Assembly: GCA_963665325.3 (NCBI GenBank)
Contig: OZ224045.1
Span: 1,984,001-2,048,000 of the forward strand
Origin: Alphaproteobacteria bacterium
GTDB lineage: Bacteria > Pseudomonadota > Alphaproteobacteria > Bin95
Length of the DNA: 64,000 bases
Direction of reading: 5' to 3'
The position numbers were made by a program, and so were the translations under genes. Shown one piece after another: positions 9,141 to 18,153 of the stretch (the stretch's first letter is position 1; every line of letters starts with the position of its first letter). The notes below the pieces were generated by a model. That model was given only the letters and a program-made list of their open reading frames with translations, made no database searches and was not told where the DNA came from.

Positions 9141-10213
9141 GGAGGCGCATGGCCAGGCCGGGGTTCGCGCAGCGCCTCAGGCTCGGGCGCTGGCGGGGCA
9201 TGACGCCGGTGGGCGCGCTGGTGGCGGTGATCGTGCTGGTGGTGATCGCGCTCGGTTTCGCGATCTGGCTGCAGGGACGCATCGCGGCCTCGAACGCGGT
9301 CGGCGCGGCGCGGAAGCTGGTGGTGCTGGCGCAGGCGGTCGAGAGCCATGTGCGCTCGGAATACGGAAGCTATGCGGGCCTGACGGCCGGGACGGCGCGG
9401 CGGATCGATATCGGCGCGCTGAGGACCGACAGGCTGCTGCCGCAGGGCTTCGACGAGGCGGGCGACGCGATGAAGCGCCCGCTCCAGGCCTGGGCGGTCT
9501 CGCTCGGCGGGGGCGATGTGCGGCTCTTGTCGATGCAGCTGGCCGACGCCAATGACACGCGCTTCCCGGCGAATGCGGTGTTCGAGGCGCGCGGCCGGCA
9601 GGCGCTGGGCGTGGTGGACGGGTCGGGCGTGCTGCTCGGGCCGACCGTGCAGGAAGACCTGACGGCGTTCCGGGCGGCTGCCGGCGGTCATCCGCGCGCC
9701 CGGGCGCTGGCGGTCTACCGGCAGCTCGACCGGGAGAGCGTGTGCGGGGACGCCGTGTTCCGGCGGGTCAGGGCCGGCTGTCCGGACTCCGCGCGCATGG
9801 AGACCGACCTCGACATGAACGGCAACGACCTGGTGGGTGTGCGGGTGCTGACGGCCGAGGAGCTGCAGGTGGACCGCGTCATGCGCGCGGGCTCCTTCCG
9901 GATCGACCGGGCGCTCACGGTGGGCACGGCGACGACGGCGGGCTCGGTCGAGGTCATGGGGAGTTTCACGGTGCCGGATGGCCTGGTGTTCCGGGGCGAC
10001 GCGGAGTTCACGGGCATCGTCAATGCGGACGTGGTGAACGCGACCGGCGCGCTGGAGGCGGCGAGCGCCGATGTCGCCGGGGACGTGGAGGCCGCGAATA
10101 TCGAGGCGGCTGCCAACCTCACGGCCGCGGGCGCCAACGTGAACGGCTCGGTCACGGTCACCGGTACGGGCTCGTTCGGGTCGCTCACGGTCGGGAGCTG
10201 CTCGGGATGCTGA
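9137..10213 (+). CDS. PilV-like minor pilin/adhesin 2
   Basis: RWRG|MTPVG class-III-like leader, METDLDMNGNDL (PilV-type motif), beta-helix-like repeats, C-terminal CSGC. Confidence 0.7.
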   Translation: MRRRMARPGFAQRLRLGRWRGMTPVGALVAVIVLVVIALGFAIWLQGRIAASNAVGAARKLVVLAQAVESHVRSEYGSYAGLTAGTARRIDIGALRTDRLLPQGFDEAGDAMKRPLQAWAVSLGGGDVRLLSMQLADANDTRFPANAVFEARGRQALGVVDGSGVLLGPTVQEDLTAFRAAAGGHPRARALAVYRQLDRESVCGDAVFRRVRAGCPDSARMETDLDMNGNDLVGVRVLTAEELQVDRVMRAGSFRIDRALTVGTATTAGSVEVMGSFTVPDGLVFRGDAEFTGIVNADVVNATGALEAASADVAGDVEAANIEAAANLTAAGANVNGSVTVTGTGSFGSLTVGSCSGC

Positions 10214-10602
10214 TGGCGGCGCGCATTTCGGGTCTCGCGGTCCTGCTGTCGCTGGCGGGCGCGATGGCGTTGCCGGCTGCGGGCCAGGCGCAGGATGCGG
10301 TCACGGCAGAGAACGGGGCTCCCGCACAGGACAGCGCCACGAAGCCCGATGCGGCGCCGGACGGCTGGATAGAAGCGCGCCTCGAGGGCCTGAAGGTCCG
10401 CGAGGCGCTGGCGCGGGAGGTTGCCGGGATGCGCCGTCTGCTGGCGGTCCAGAAGGAGCTCGGGGCGTGGAACCGCGAGCGGGCGGAGGTCGGGTCTGCG
10501 GTCAGGACGCTGCGCCCGGAGATCTGCGGCGAAGAGGAGCTCGAACGCTGGTGCCGCCTCCTGCCGGCGACATTCGGCGTGTGGGAGGACGATCTGCGAT
10601 GA
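10213..10602 (+). CDS. Exported hypothetical protein
   Basis: Signal peptide ending AQA; start and stop overlap both neighbours. Confidence 0.6.
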   Translation: MAARISGLAVLLSLAGAMALPAAGQAQDAVTAENGAPAQDSATKPDAAPDGWIEARLEGLKVREALAREVAGMRRLLAVQKELGAWNRERAEVGSAVRTLRPEICGEEELERWCRLLPATFGVWEDDLR

Positions 10603-11180
10603 GCCCGGCGAGCTCCCGCGACGCGGCGCCGGTTTTCGCCACCGTCGTGTTCCTGTTCGGAGGCATGGCGATGCTGGCCGGCGCCCCGCAGTCGATGGCG
10701 CTCACGTTGATCGTACTGGCCTGGGCCTGCGGCGCGCTCTGGCGGATCGCCAGCATCGACGTTCAGCGGTACCGGATCGATCCCTGGTGGCTGTTCCTGC
10801 TCGTGGGCGCGGGCGCGCTCCGGCAGGTCGGCCCCGATGCGGCCGACGGCCTGGTGCGTGCGATGGCGGGCGCCGGCATCGGGTTCCTGGTCGGGGCCGT
10901 GCCTCTCGTCATTGCCGAGGCCCTCGGCCGGCGCTGGCCGTTCCAGCCGGGCGACGTGCTGCTGTTCGCGGCGCTGGGCTGGCTGCTGGGTCCCTGGGGC
11001 CTTCTCTGGGCGCTCTCCATAGGAGCGATCTGCGCTCTCGCCCGCCATGCCTGCGTCCAGCGTCGGCGGGGCCGGTCCTGGCTCCGGGGCGATGTGCCGC
11101 TCGGGCCCGGCATGGCCGTGGGCGCTGCCCTCGTTCTCGCGGTGACGGCTCTCGACCGCGCCGATATCGGGCTCGGGTGA
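10599..11180 (+). CDS. Prepilin peptidase (A24 family, PilU-like)
   Basis: Multi-TM protein with both catalytic Asp motifs (IDVQRYRI, PGDVLL) and a C-terminal VPLGPGM motif. Confidence 0.85.
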   Translation: MSPASSRDAAPVFATVVFLFGGMAMLAGAPQSMALTLIVLAWACGALWRIASIDVQRYRIDPWWLFLLVGAGALRQVGPDAADGLVRAMAGAGIGFLVGAVPLVIAEALGRRWPFQPGDVLLFAALGWLLGPWGLLWALSIGAICALARHACVQRRRGRSWLRGDVPLGPGMAVGAALVLAVTALDRADIGLG

Positions 11181-11187
11181 AGGTTCG

Positions 11188-11718
11188 ATGAGTGGCTCGG
11201 AGAGGAAGCATGGCAGGACCATAGCCGGGATGATACGGCTGCTCGGCGTGCCGGAAACGACCTCGGAAAGACGCGCTTGGTGGTTCGGTACCGGGCACGC
11301 GCTTGCGGCGGGGGGCTTCGGCATGTGTGTCGGCGTGTTTGTCTCGCTGCTGCCGTCCTCTCTGGAAGGTTTCGAAGTCGCGAAGGTGTCGGTGGCGACG
11401 GGCAAGTCCGGTGCGATCGTGCTGGGCGGCGCCGTCGTGGTCCGGAGATTTGCGGCAGGTGGCCGGGTCTTGCGGTGGCGCAACTGCGTTCTCGCTCTGG
11501 CTGGCGGTTGTGTGGCCGGAGGCAGTTTTCTTGCGGGGCTGTCCATGGCCCTGCTCGCGATGATCCTGGGCGCCGCAGCGCCGTTCGCCGACGCGCGGAT
11601 CGCGGTGTCCGAGGCGCCGATGGTGTTGGGCTCGATCGCCTTGTTGGGGACGCTTTGCCTGCTTTCCGGCGCGGTCGCGGTGAGGTGGAGCCGGCTCGCC
11701 GGGGAGGAAGCGCGGTGA
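11188..11718 (+). CDS. Hypothetical membrane protein
   Basis: Four hydrophobic segments; tightly packed in the operon. Confidence 0.55.
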   Translation: MSGSERKHGRTIAGMIRLLGVPETTSERRAWWFGTGHALAAGGFGMCVGVFVSLLPSSLEGFEVAKVSVATGKSGAIVLGGAVVVRRFAAGGRVLRWRNCVLALAGGCVAGGSFLAGLSMALLAMILGAAAPFADARIAVSEAPMVLGSIALLGTLCLLSGAVAVRWSRLAGEEAR

Positions 11719-12362
11719 GCGGGAGGCCCGGTCTCAGGTCGTGGGAGATGCGCGAGATGAAGGAGGCGCTTCGCGCGACGATGCTCCAGATGTGTCTCGC
11801 GATCTTTGTGGCGGGGCTGGTTGTCGGGCCGCACTGGGTGCTGGCGGCCTATGCCGTCGGCGGGGTTCTGGCCTTGGCGGCCCTCAGGGCCGACAGGGCG
11901 GGCCGGGATCGCGGCGTGTCGGCCAGTCGCGCGCGCCAGATACTGGGCCGGATATGCGAGTGGGAAGTCAGGAGGGTTGCGATCCTGGCGATGGTCAATG
12001 CGGGCTTCTGGGTCCTTTGGGAGTTCCTGACGATGCCTGGTTGGCTCACGTTCCTGGAGTCGCTGCCGGAAGGTGAGACGACGACAGCCGAGGTAATCGC
12101 TGCGATGAAGGAGGCGATCCGCGAAGCGTACCGGCAGGCCCGGGAGAACGCGGAGTTCGCGGTGGCGCTGGTCGGGACCTTCGGCATTGCGGGTGCGCTG
12201 CTTTCCGGGCTGAGAGACTTTCTGACGGTGGGCGGCGTTGCCGCGCGGCATGGGGTTGGTCCGTGGCGCGTGCTGGGGTTCCGGTGGAGCAAGCAGGACT
12301 GGAAGGCGCTCGCTGCCCGCGAGCGGTCGCGCCGCCGGCGCCTGCTGAGGGGCGAGAGATGA
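11715..12362 (+). CDS. Hypothetical membrane protein (GLxD...PW paralog family)
   Basis: GTG start overlaps the upstream TGA. Clear similarity to the interrupted gene at 25158-30214. Confidence 0.7.
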   Translation: MSGRPGLRSWEMREMKEALRATMLQMCLAIFVAGLVVGPHWVLAAYAVGGVLALAALRADRAGRDRGVSASRARQILGRICEWEVRRVAILAMVNAGFWVLWEFLTMPGWLTFLESLPEGETTTAEVIAAMKEAIREAYRQARENAEFAVALVGTFGIAGALLSGLRDFLTVGGVAARHGVGPWRVLGFRWSKQDWKALAARERSRRRRLLRGER

Positions 12363-13387
12363 GGCGTCCGGTCGAACTCCCGCCTCGGCTTCCGGGTCGC
12401 CCGGCGACGCGCTCTGCCCGGTTTCCGGTCATGGCGGCGCTGGTGGTTGTGCTCGGCGTTTCGGGCTGCGACGGCAGCGACGAGCCCCGCCTTCCTTCTC
12501 CTCCCGGCCCGGCGCCCAATACCGGTGCCCCGCTGGAGACGGGCGGCGAGGTGGCGGCGCGGATGGCCGAGATCCTGTTCCGGACGGACTCGCTTCTGGC
12601 GACGCGCGTCCACGGGCAGCGCCGCGAGCTGCCGCCGGAGGTGGCGGTGCTGCCCGACCCGCTGGCGCCGGCGCCGGAGCTCGAACGGCAGGACTTCCTG
12701 TTCGATGCGGCATGCGAGGAAACCGCCTGCATGCTGACGGCGGTCGGGGACGCGGGTGCGGCGTCGGCCGGCGGCGTGCCGGCCGGGTTCGCGAGGGACG
12801 ACCTCAACTGGGTAACGCGCGCATCGAGCGCCTGGGCCGCCCGGCACGGGATCACGCTGCTGGAAGCGCAGGCCGATGTGCGCGAGGCAACGCCCGAGAC
12901 ACCCGACATGCGCAGCCTGGGCGCCTGGATGGACCATAGCGGGTTCGGCTTCAGCCATGCGCTGTCCGTTGAGGAGGGCTGGGAGACGCAGTGGCGTTAC
13001 GGCCTGGCGGGCGGCGATCTCTCCGGGACGCGTCCGGTGCCGCGGCAGGACTTCGATCTCGTCTGGCGGGGCGTGATGATCGGCAGTTCGGCGCATGGCT
13101 ACCTGCCGCTCCAGGGCGACGCGGTGCTCACATATGACGGCGGCGACAGCTCTCTGGATGCGGTGTTCTCGGACATTTACGACCTGGAGAACCGGCGCCC
13201 GCACAGCGTCTCCCGGGTGCGGTTCGACAATGTGCCGGTTCGCCTGGACGGGACGTTCGACGCAGGCGTGCCCGGGAACCGCATCGCCGGCGGCTTCTAC
13301 GGGCCGGATCACCGGGAGAGCGTCGGGGTGATGGAGCAGCTCGGCATTGTCGGGTCCTTCGGCGCGCGACGGCAGGAGGACGAGTAG
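12359..13387 (+). CDS. Lipoprotein with TbpB/fHbp-like C-terminal beta-barrel
   Basis: Lipobox VSGC, Pro-rich linker, C-terminal GGFYGPDHRESVG...GSFGARR typical of TbpB-type barrels. Confidence 0.7.
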   Translation: MRRPVELPPRLPGRPATRSARFPVMAALVVVLGVSGCDGSDEPRLPSPPGPAPNTGAPLETGGEVAARMAEILFRTDSLLATRVHGQRRELPPEVAVLPDPLAPAPELERQDFLFDAACEETACMLTAVGDAGAASAGGVPAGFARDDLNWVTRASSAWAARHGITLLEAQADVREATPETPDMRSLGAWMDHSGFGFSHALSVEEGWETQWRYGLAGGDLSGTRPVPRQDFDLVWRGVMIGSSAHGYLPLQGDAVLTYDGGDSSLDAVFSDIYDLENRRPHSVSRVRFDNVPVRLDGTFDAGVPGNRIAGGFYGPDHRESVGVMEQLGIVGSFGARRQEDE

Positions 13388-13390
13388 GCG

Positions 13391-14377
13391 ATGGTCAGCT
13401 TGGGTTACGGGCGCCTGGCCGCGGCCTTGCTGGCATGCGGCGCGGTTCTGTCGGCCTGCGGCGGCGACGGGGGACCGTCGCGGCCCGGATCGAGGATCGG
13501 GGAGGCGGGACCGGAGCCGCGCCCGCCGGCGGTCCGGCCTCCCGGCATGGAGACGGCGCCGGTGTCGGTTTGGGCGGCCTCGGTTCTTGGAGGCGCGGAC
13601 GCGCTGTTCGCGACCGGCGTACATGAGGAGAGCGGGTTCGGTGAGCGCCAGGTCCATGACACCGCGTGTTCGGGCCTGGGCTGTTCGGGGTCGGGCAGTG
13701 GCGGGATCGGCACGGGCAATGCCGGCCGGCTCGCGCGCGCCGGCGTTGTCGGGCGCACGGGCGGCATCGACCTTGTGTGGGCCTCGGACTTCGATGCCGG
13801 GAGCTGGGGCGCCTGGATGCGCCATGCCGGCTTCGGCGTCCTGCTGGAGCGCGCGGGCATGGGTGCGGAGCTTCGCGAGTTCCGTTACGGGCTGGCTGTC
13901 GGGAGCCTGACGGAGGTCGCCGAGGGCCAGGACACAAGCGCCACGTGGCGGGGCCGGATGGTCGGGGTGACGGATACCGGCGGGTTTTCGGAGGGGCGCC
14001 TCGAGGGCGATGCGGTGCTCACCTACCGGTCGGTCGAGGCGCTGGGCGACGAAGCAGAGGACGGCGACATCGTCGGTCGGATCGATGCGGCCTTCACCGA
14101 CATTGTGAGCGTGTCGACCGGCGCGTCCTTTGCCGATGCGAGCTTCGTGGATGTGCCGGTGAGCCTGCACGATGTGACGGAGACGACGGTCGAGGAAGCG
14201 GGTGAGATGCGGCCGGGCGAGGAGCCCGAGGTCGACGTGACGGCGAGGATGGCCTTCGACGCGGGCAATGCCGGCAACCGGATCAGGGGCGGGTTCTTCG
14301 GACCCGACAGGGCCGAAGTCGCCGGCGTCTTCGAACAGAACGGGATCGTGGGGGCTTTCGGTGCGACGAGAAAATAG
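13391..14377 (+). CDS. Second lipoprotein with TbpB-like beta-barrel (paralog of the previous gene)
   Basis: Lipobox LSAC. Shares GAWMxHxGFG, WRGxMxG, GDAVLTY and GNRIxGGFxGPD with the upstream gene. Confidence 0.7.
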   Translation: MVSLGYGRLAAALLACGAVLSACGGDGGPSRPGSRIGEAGPEPRPPAVRPPGMETAPVSVWAASVLGGADALFATGVHEESGFGERQVHDTACSGLGCSGSGSGGIGTGNAGRLARAGVVGRTGGIDLVWASDFDAGSWGAWMRHAGFGVLLERAGMGAELREFRYGLAVGSLTEVAEGQDTSATWRGRMVGVTDTGGFSEGRLEGDAVLTYRSVEALGDEAEDGDIVGRIDAAFTDIVSVSTGASFADASFVDVPVSLHDVTETTVEEAGEMRPGEEPEVDVTARMAFDAGNAGNRIRGGFFGPDRAEVAGVFEQNGIVGAFGATRK

Positions 14378-14903
14378 AAGCTGCTGGCCTGTTGCGGCGC
14401 CGGTCGCGCTGTTTCTGGCGCTGTCATGCGGGTTGCCCGCGGCCGCCCACGCGCAGCGCGTCGAGACGCCCGAGGCGCGGTCGTTCGCGATCCGGGTCGA
14501 TGACGGGACCCACCTGGCCATTGTCGTGGCCGAACCGCTGTCCAGGGACGATACCGGGCCGCGCATCGGTTTCGTGGTGCAGTGCGAGCGGGCGTCGGGT
14601 CAGGTGAAGGCGAATCTGTCCTTCGGGACGGTTCCTGCCGGCAAGCCGGTGCAGGCGGCTGCGGGCCATCCCGACGGGCCGGTGGAGCGTTTCGGCCCGG
14701 TGGTGCGCGGCGGCGGTCCGGCGGCGGGCTTCCACAGCCCGGTCATCGCCGACAAGGCGGATGTGCTGCGCTTCGTCGATGCTGCGCTGGTGACGGGCGC
14801 GCTGGTCTCGAACGGCCACAACTCGGTGTGGAACCGCATCGGCGAGGGCGAGAACCGGGAGGTCCGGATGGCCCTGCGGCGCTGCGCGGGAGCGGGCCGA
14901 TGA
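14361..14903 (+). CDS. Exported hypothetical protein
   Basis: GTG at 14361 gives a signal peptide ending AHA; stop overlaps the next ATG. Start position uncertain. Confidence 0.55.
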   Translation: MRRENRSCWPVAAPVALFLALSCGLPAAAHAQRVETPEARSFAIRVDDGTHLAIVVAEPLSRDDTGPRIGFVVQCERASGQVKANLSFGTVPAGKPVQAAAGHPDGPVERFGPVVRGGGPAAGFHSPVIADKADVLRFVDAALVTGALVSNGHNSVWNRIGEGENREVRMALRRCAGAGR

Positions 14904-15988
14904 CACAGGGCGCGGCGGAAATGCGCCCCCGGCTGTCGTCGGGAGGCCGGACGGCGCGCCGGCGGCGGGTTTTCGACATGTCGCTGGAGATGGTGCTGTT
15001 GCTTGCCGTGCTGCTGGTGTGCGTTTCCGTGGCGGCGGCGCAGGGCGACCGGCGGAAACCCTGGGCGGCGGCTCCGATGGCGGCGACGGTGACGGTCGCG
15101 GCGCCGTCGCGGGACCTGCCCCGGGACGTCGCGGCGCGCCAGATCGAGGTGAAGCAGCTGGGTCCCCTGCCGTTCCGGCAGCTGGCGGGTCTGGTTGCGG
15201 ACCAGGCCGGGGTGAAGGCGGTGCTTCAGGACCGCCCCGGCCGCGTACTGGACGGCGATGTCGACCTGGAGCCGGCGGTTCCGTTCGGTCTTTCGATGCG
15301 CGGGACGGTTCCCGAGGTGCTGGACGAGCTCGCCCGGCTCTCGGGCTACGACTGGGGCTGGGAGGACGGACAGCTCGTCTTCTACCGCTATGGCGATATC
15401 GAGCAGCGCCGCCCGGAACGGATGCCGGGCGGCGTTCCTGTCGATGTGCTGGCGGCGATCGCCGGCGAGACGGCGCAGATGGCGGCCGTCGCCGAAGAGG
15501 CGCCGGCGCCGACTGTCGCTGAAGGGCCGCAGGACGTGTCACCGCAGACAGGGGAGAGGATCGATGCCGAGGGAAAACCCGAGGCCGGGCGTCTGGCGGC
15601 TCAGGTTCCGGAAGAGCTGGAGCCGGGAAGACGGCCAGTGGATACCGACGCTGCTGCGCCGGTGGAAGGACAGGAGCAGGCGGCGCCGGAAAGGCCGGTG
15701 CCGGCGGAGCCGCCAGCATGGGAAGTGATCCCCGGGACGCACGGAACCGTGGAGGACGTGCTGCGGTCCTGGGCGGAGCGCGCCGGCTGGCAGCTGGCCT
15801 GGAAGAGCGAGCGCCAGTTTGCGGTCGGGGCTGCGGCCGCCTTTCCGGCGGGCGAGACGGAGGCGGCGGGTTTCCTGGCGGCGGCGGACGCGCTTCTGGC
15901 GATCGGGCCGATGCGGCGCGCGCTCACGGCAACGGCCTATCCCAACAGGTGGCTCGTGGTGCGGGACCTCGGGAGCGCAGGACAATGA
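14900..15988 (+). CDS. PilL/TcpQ-domain pilus protein
   Basis: Hydrophobic N-terminal segment, STN-like segment (VPEVLDELARLSGYDW), C-terminal TcpQ-like VEDVLRSWAERAGWQLAW. Confidence 0.7.
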   Translation: MTQGAAEMRPRLSSGGRTARRRRVFDMSLEMVLLLAVLLVCVSVAAAQGDRRKPWAAAPMAATVTVAAPSRDLPRDVAARQIEVKQLGPLPFRQLAGLVADQAGVKAVLQDRPGRVLDGDVDLEPAVPFGLSMRGTVPEVLDELARLSGYDWGWEDGQLVFYRYGDIEQRRPERMPGGVPVDVLAAIAGETAQMAAVAEEAPAPTVAEGPQDVSPQTGERIDAEGKPEAGRLAAQVPEELEPGRRPVDTDAAAPVEGQEQAAPERPVPAEPPAWEVIPGTHGTVEDVLRSWAERAGWQLAWKSERQFAVGAAAAFPAGETEAAGFLAAADALLAIGPMRRALTATAYPNRWLVVRDLGSAGQ

Positions 15989-16324
15989 GCGTCGGGGCAG
16001 CGGCAGGGGCATTCCTGGTGGGGGCGGTTGCGCTCTCCGGCTGCCAGACGCTGAGTGTGCTCTCGGTATCTGATGGCGGGATGGTCACGTTGTTCGATGG
16101 TTTTCAGGCGTCGGGCCGGGCGTGACGGCGGGGGTGTCGGACGGCCGTCGGCGCGTCAAGCCGCTTCGCGGCTCCTGCGCTGCGCTCCGGCCCTTCGGGT
16201 GACCCGCCGCCGTCCCTCCGACGGAGTGCATCCATGGCCGTAAGCAAGCTTCCGGCCACGGGCCGGCCGCTTTACGCAGTGTGACAATGGGAGCGGTGTT
16301 ACCCGTTACCGTTACCCTCTCTCC

Positions 16325-17323
16325 CTAGGGGTTCGAGGCGGTAACGGTTTTCGGTAACGTGTCCCTGCGGTCGTTGCCGTTGAGGGCGGCGAGGCGGTAT
16401 CCGCCTTCGGATGCGCGCTCGACGCGTCCTTCGCGGACGAGCCTGTGCAGCGCCTCGGCGACGGTTGCGGGCCGGGTTGCCGCGCGCTCGCGGATCCGGC
16501 GCTGGGAGAGCGGCGCGTCGGCGTCGGCGAGGGCCTGCAGGATGCGCCGTTCGGGGGTATCCGGCTCCGGCGCCTGGTCTTCCGGCGTCTCGCGCAACCG
16601 CAGGGCGGGGCGCTCGTCGTCGTCGGCGAGTTCGATCTCGAGGTCTTCGAGGCCAGGGGCGTCGCGATGCTCGACGGTCATGAGGATCTGGCGGTCTCGC
16701 CGGCGCAGGTACAGATTCGAATCGCCCCAGGCGTGAAGTTCGCTGCTGCCGCGCAGCGCCTGCCCGGGCCGGGAGCCGCCGCTCTTTCGTGCGTGATGGA
16801 CGAGGAGGACGGCGGTTTCGAAGCGGCGCTGTATGTCGCGCAGGAAGCCCAGCATGGGGGCGACCTCGGCGACGGTATTTTCGTCGACGCCGTGCAGGCG
16901 CACGAGGGGGTCGAGGACGACGAGGCGGGGTGAGACGCGCTCCACCGTCTCGACCAGGCGCTGGCGATCGGCGCGATGGTCGAGACGCAGCGTGGGCACG
17001 TCGATGACGGCGATGTCGAGGGTCTCGAACGCGGTGCCTGCCGCCTTTGCGATGCCCTGGAGGCGTGCGCGCACGATATGGCCGGCGTCCTCGGCGGCGA
17101 ACAGCAGCACGGGGCCGCTTGCGGCGGGACGGAAGTGGCGCAGGCAGGGGACGCCGGCGGCGACCGCGACGGCGATGTCGAGTGCGAGGAAGGATTTGCC
17201 GCACTTGGGCTCGCCGCCGACGATGCCGACGCCCTGCTCGGACCACAACGCCTCGACCATCCAGCGGCGCGCCTGGGGGCGCTCTTCGAGCTCCGCCGGC
17301 GCCCGTGTCGGGAAGCCCTTCAC
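16325..17323 (-). CDS. AAA_25 (RSF1010 RepA/DnaB-like) helicase-fold ATPase with C-terminal wHTH, copy 2
   Basis: GTG start overlaps the ExeA-like stop. Walker A GEPKCGKS, AAED, LVVLDP, VHHARK and RGSS motifs. Confidence 0.85.
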   Translation of the reverse strand: MKGFPTRAPAELEERPQARRWMVEALWSEQGVGIVGGEPKCGKSFLALDIAVAVAAGVPCLRHFRPAASGPVLLFAAEDAGHIVRARLQGIAKAAGTAFETLDIAVIDVPTLRLDHRADRQRLVETVERVSPRLVVLDPLVRLHGVDENTVAEVAPMLGFLRDIQRRFETAVLLVHHARKSGGSRPGQALRGSSELHAWGDSNLYLRRRDRQILMTVEHRDAPGLEDLEIELADDDERPALRLRETPEDQAPEPDTPERRILQALADADAPLSQRRIRERAATRPATVAEALHRLVREGRVERASEGGYRLAALNGNDRRDTLPKTVTASNP

Positions 17324-18153
17324 CGCCGCGCCCTCCTCGGCTTGGCGGGTTCGCCCAGGGTCTCGATGAAGAGCTTCTCGTCGAGGACCTCGCGCTCCTT
17401 CTCGGCGGCGGCGGCGAGCAGGGCGTCGGCCATGACGGTGAGCGCCCGCGGGTTGCCGTCGGCATGGGCGACCAGGGTGTCCTTGAGGCCCGCGGTCATG
17501 AGGCCGGGATTGCCGGCCTGCTCGATCAGATGGTCGAGCAGGGCCGCGAGGTCGCCGGCCTCGGCCTTGGTCATGACCAGGCGCTGGCGGATGCGCGAGG
17601 CGATGGGCTGCAGATCGGGCTGGCGGAGCTTGTCGAGCAGGCGCGTGTCGCCGGCGAGGACGACCGAGAGGATGGCGCGCGAGTCGAAGTCGGTCGAAGC
17701 CAGCAGGCGGATCTCGGAGAACACCGAGGGCAGCAGCTCCTGGGCCTCGTCGACGAGCACGACGGGGCGCATGCGGGTATCGTCGACATGGGCGAGCCAG
17801 CGCTCGCGCAGGCTTTTGAAGCTGGCCCAGCGGTTGTTGTACATCAGGTCGACGCCGAACATCTCGCCGATCTCGCGGTAGAAGTCGGACAGCCGGGAGG
17901 AGGGATGGGTGATGGCGGCGATGCTGAGCCCCTCGCAGCGGCCGAGACGGTCGGCGAGCAGGCGCAACGCCACACTCTTTCCGGCGCCGGGCTCGCCGGC
18001 GATCAAGGCGAAGCCGCCCTGGCGCACCAGGTGGCGCTCGATCCTGAGGCAGAAGCTGTCGACGGCAGGCGTCGCCATGAGACTGTCGACCGGCAGGTCG
18101 GTGGCGAAGGGGTTCCACTTGAGCCCGTAGAAGGTGAGCAGTTCCCGGTTCAT
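17320..18153 (-). CDS. ExeA/TnsC-like AAA+ ATPase, copy 2
   Basis: Same translation as copy 1. Confidence 0.9.
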   Translation of the reverse strand: MNRELLTFYGLKWNPFATDLPVDSLMATPAVDSFCLRIERHLVRQGGFALIAGEPGAGKSVALRLLADRLGRCEGLSIAAITHPSSRLSDFYREIGEMFGVDLMYNNRWASFKSLRERWLAHVDDTRMRPVVLVDEAQELLPSVFSEIRLLASTDFDSRAILSVVLAGDTRLLDKLRQPDLQPIASRIRQRLVMTKAEAGDLAALLDHLIEQAGNPGLMTAGLKDTLVAHADGNPRALTVMADALLAAAAEKEREVLDEKLFIETLGEPAKPRRARR

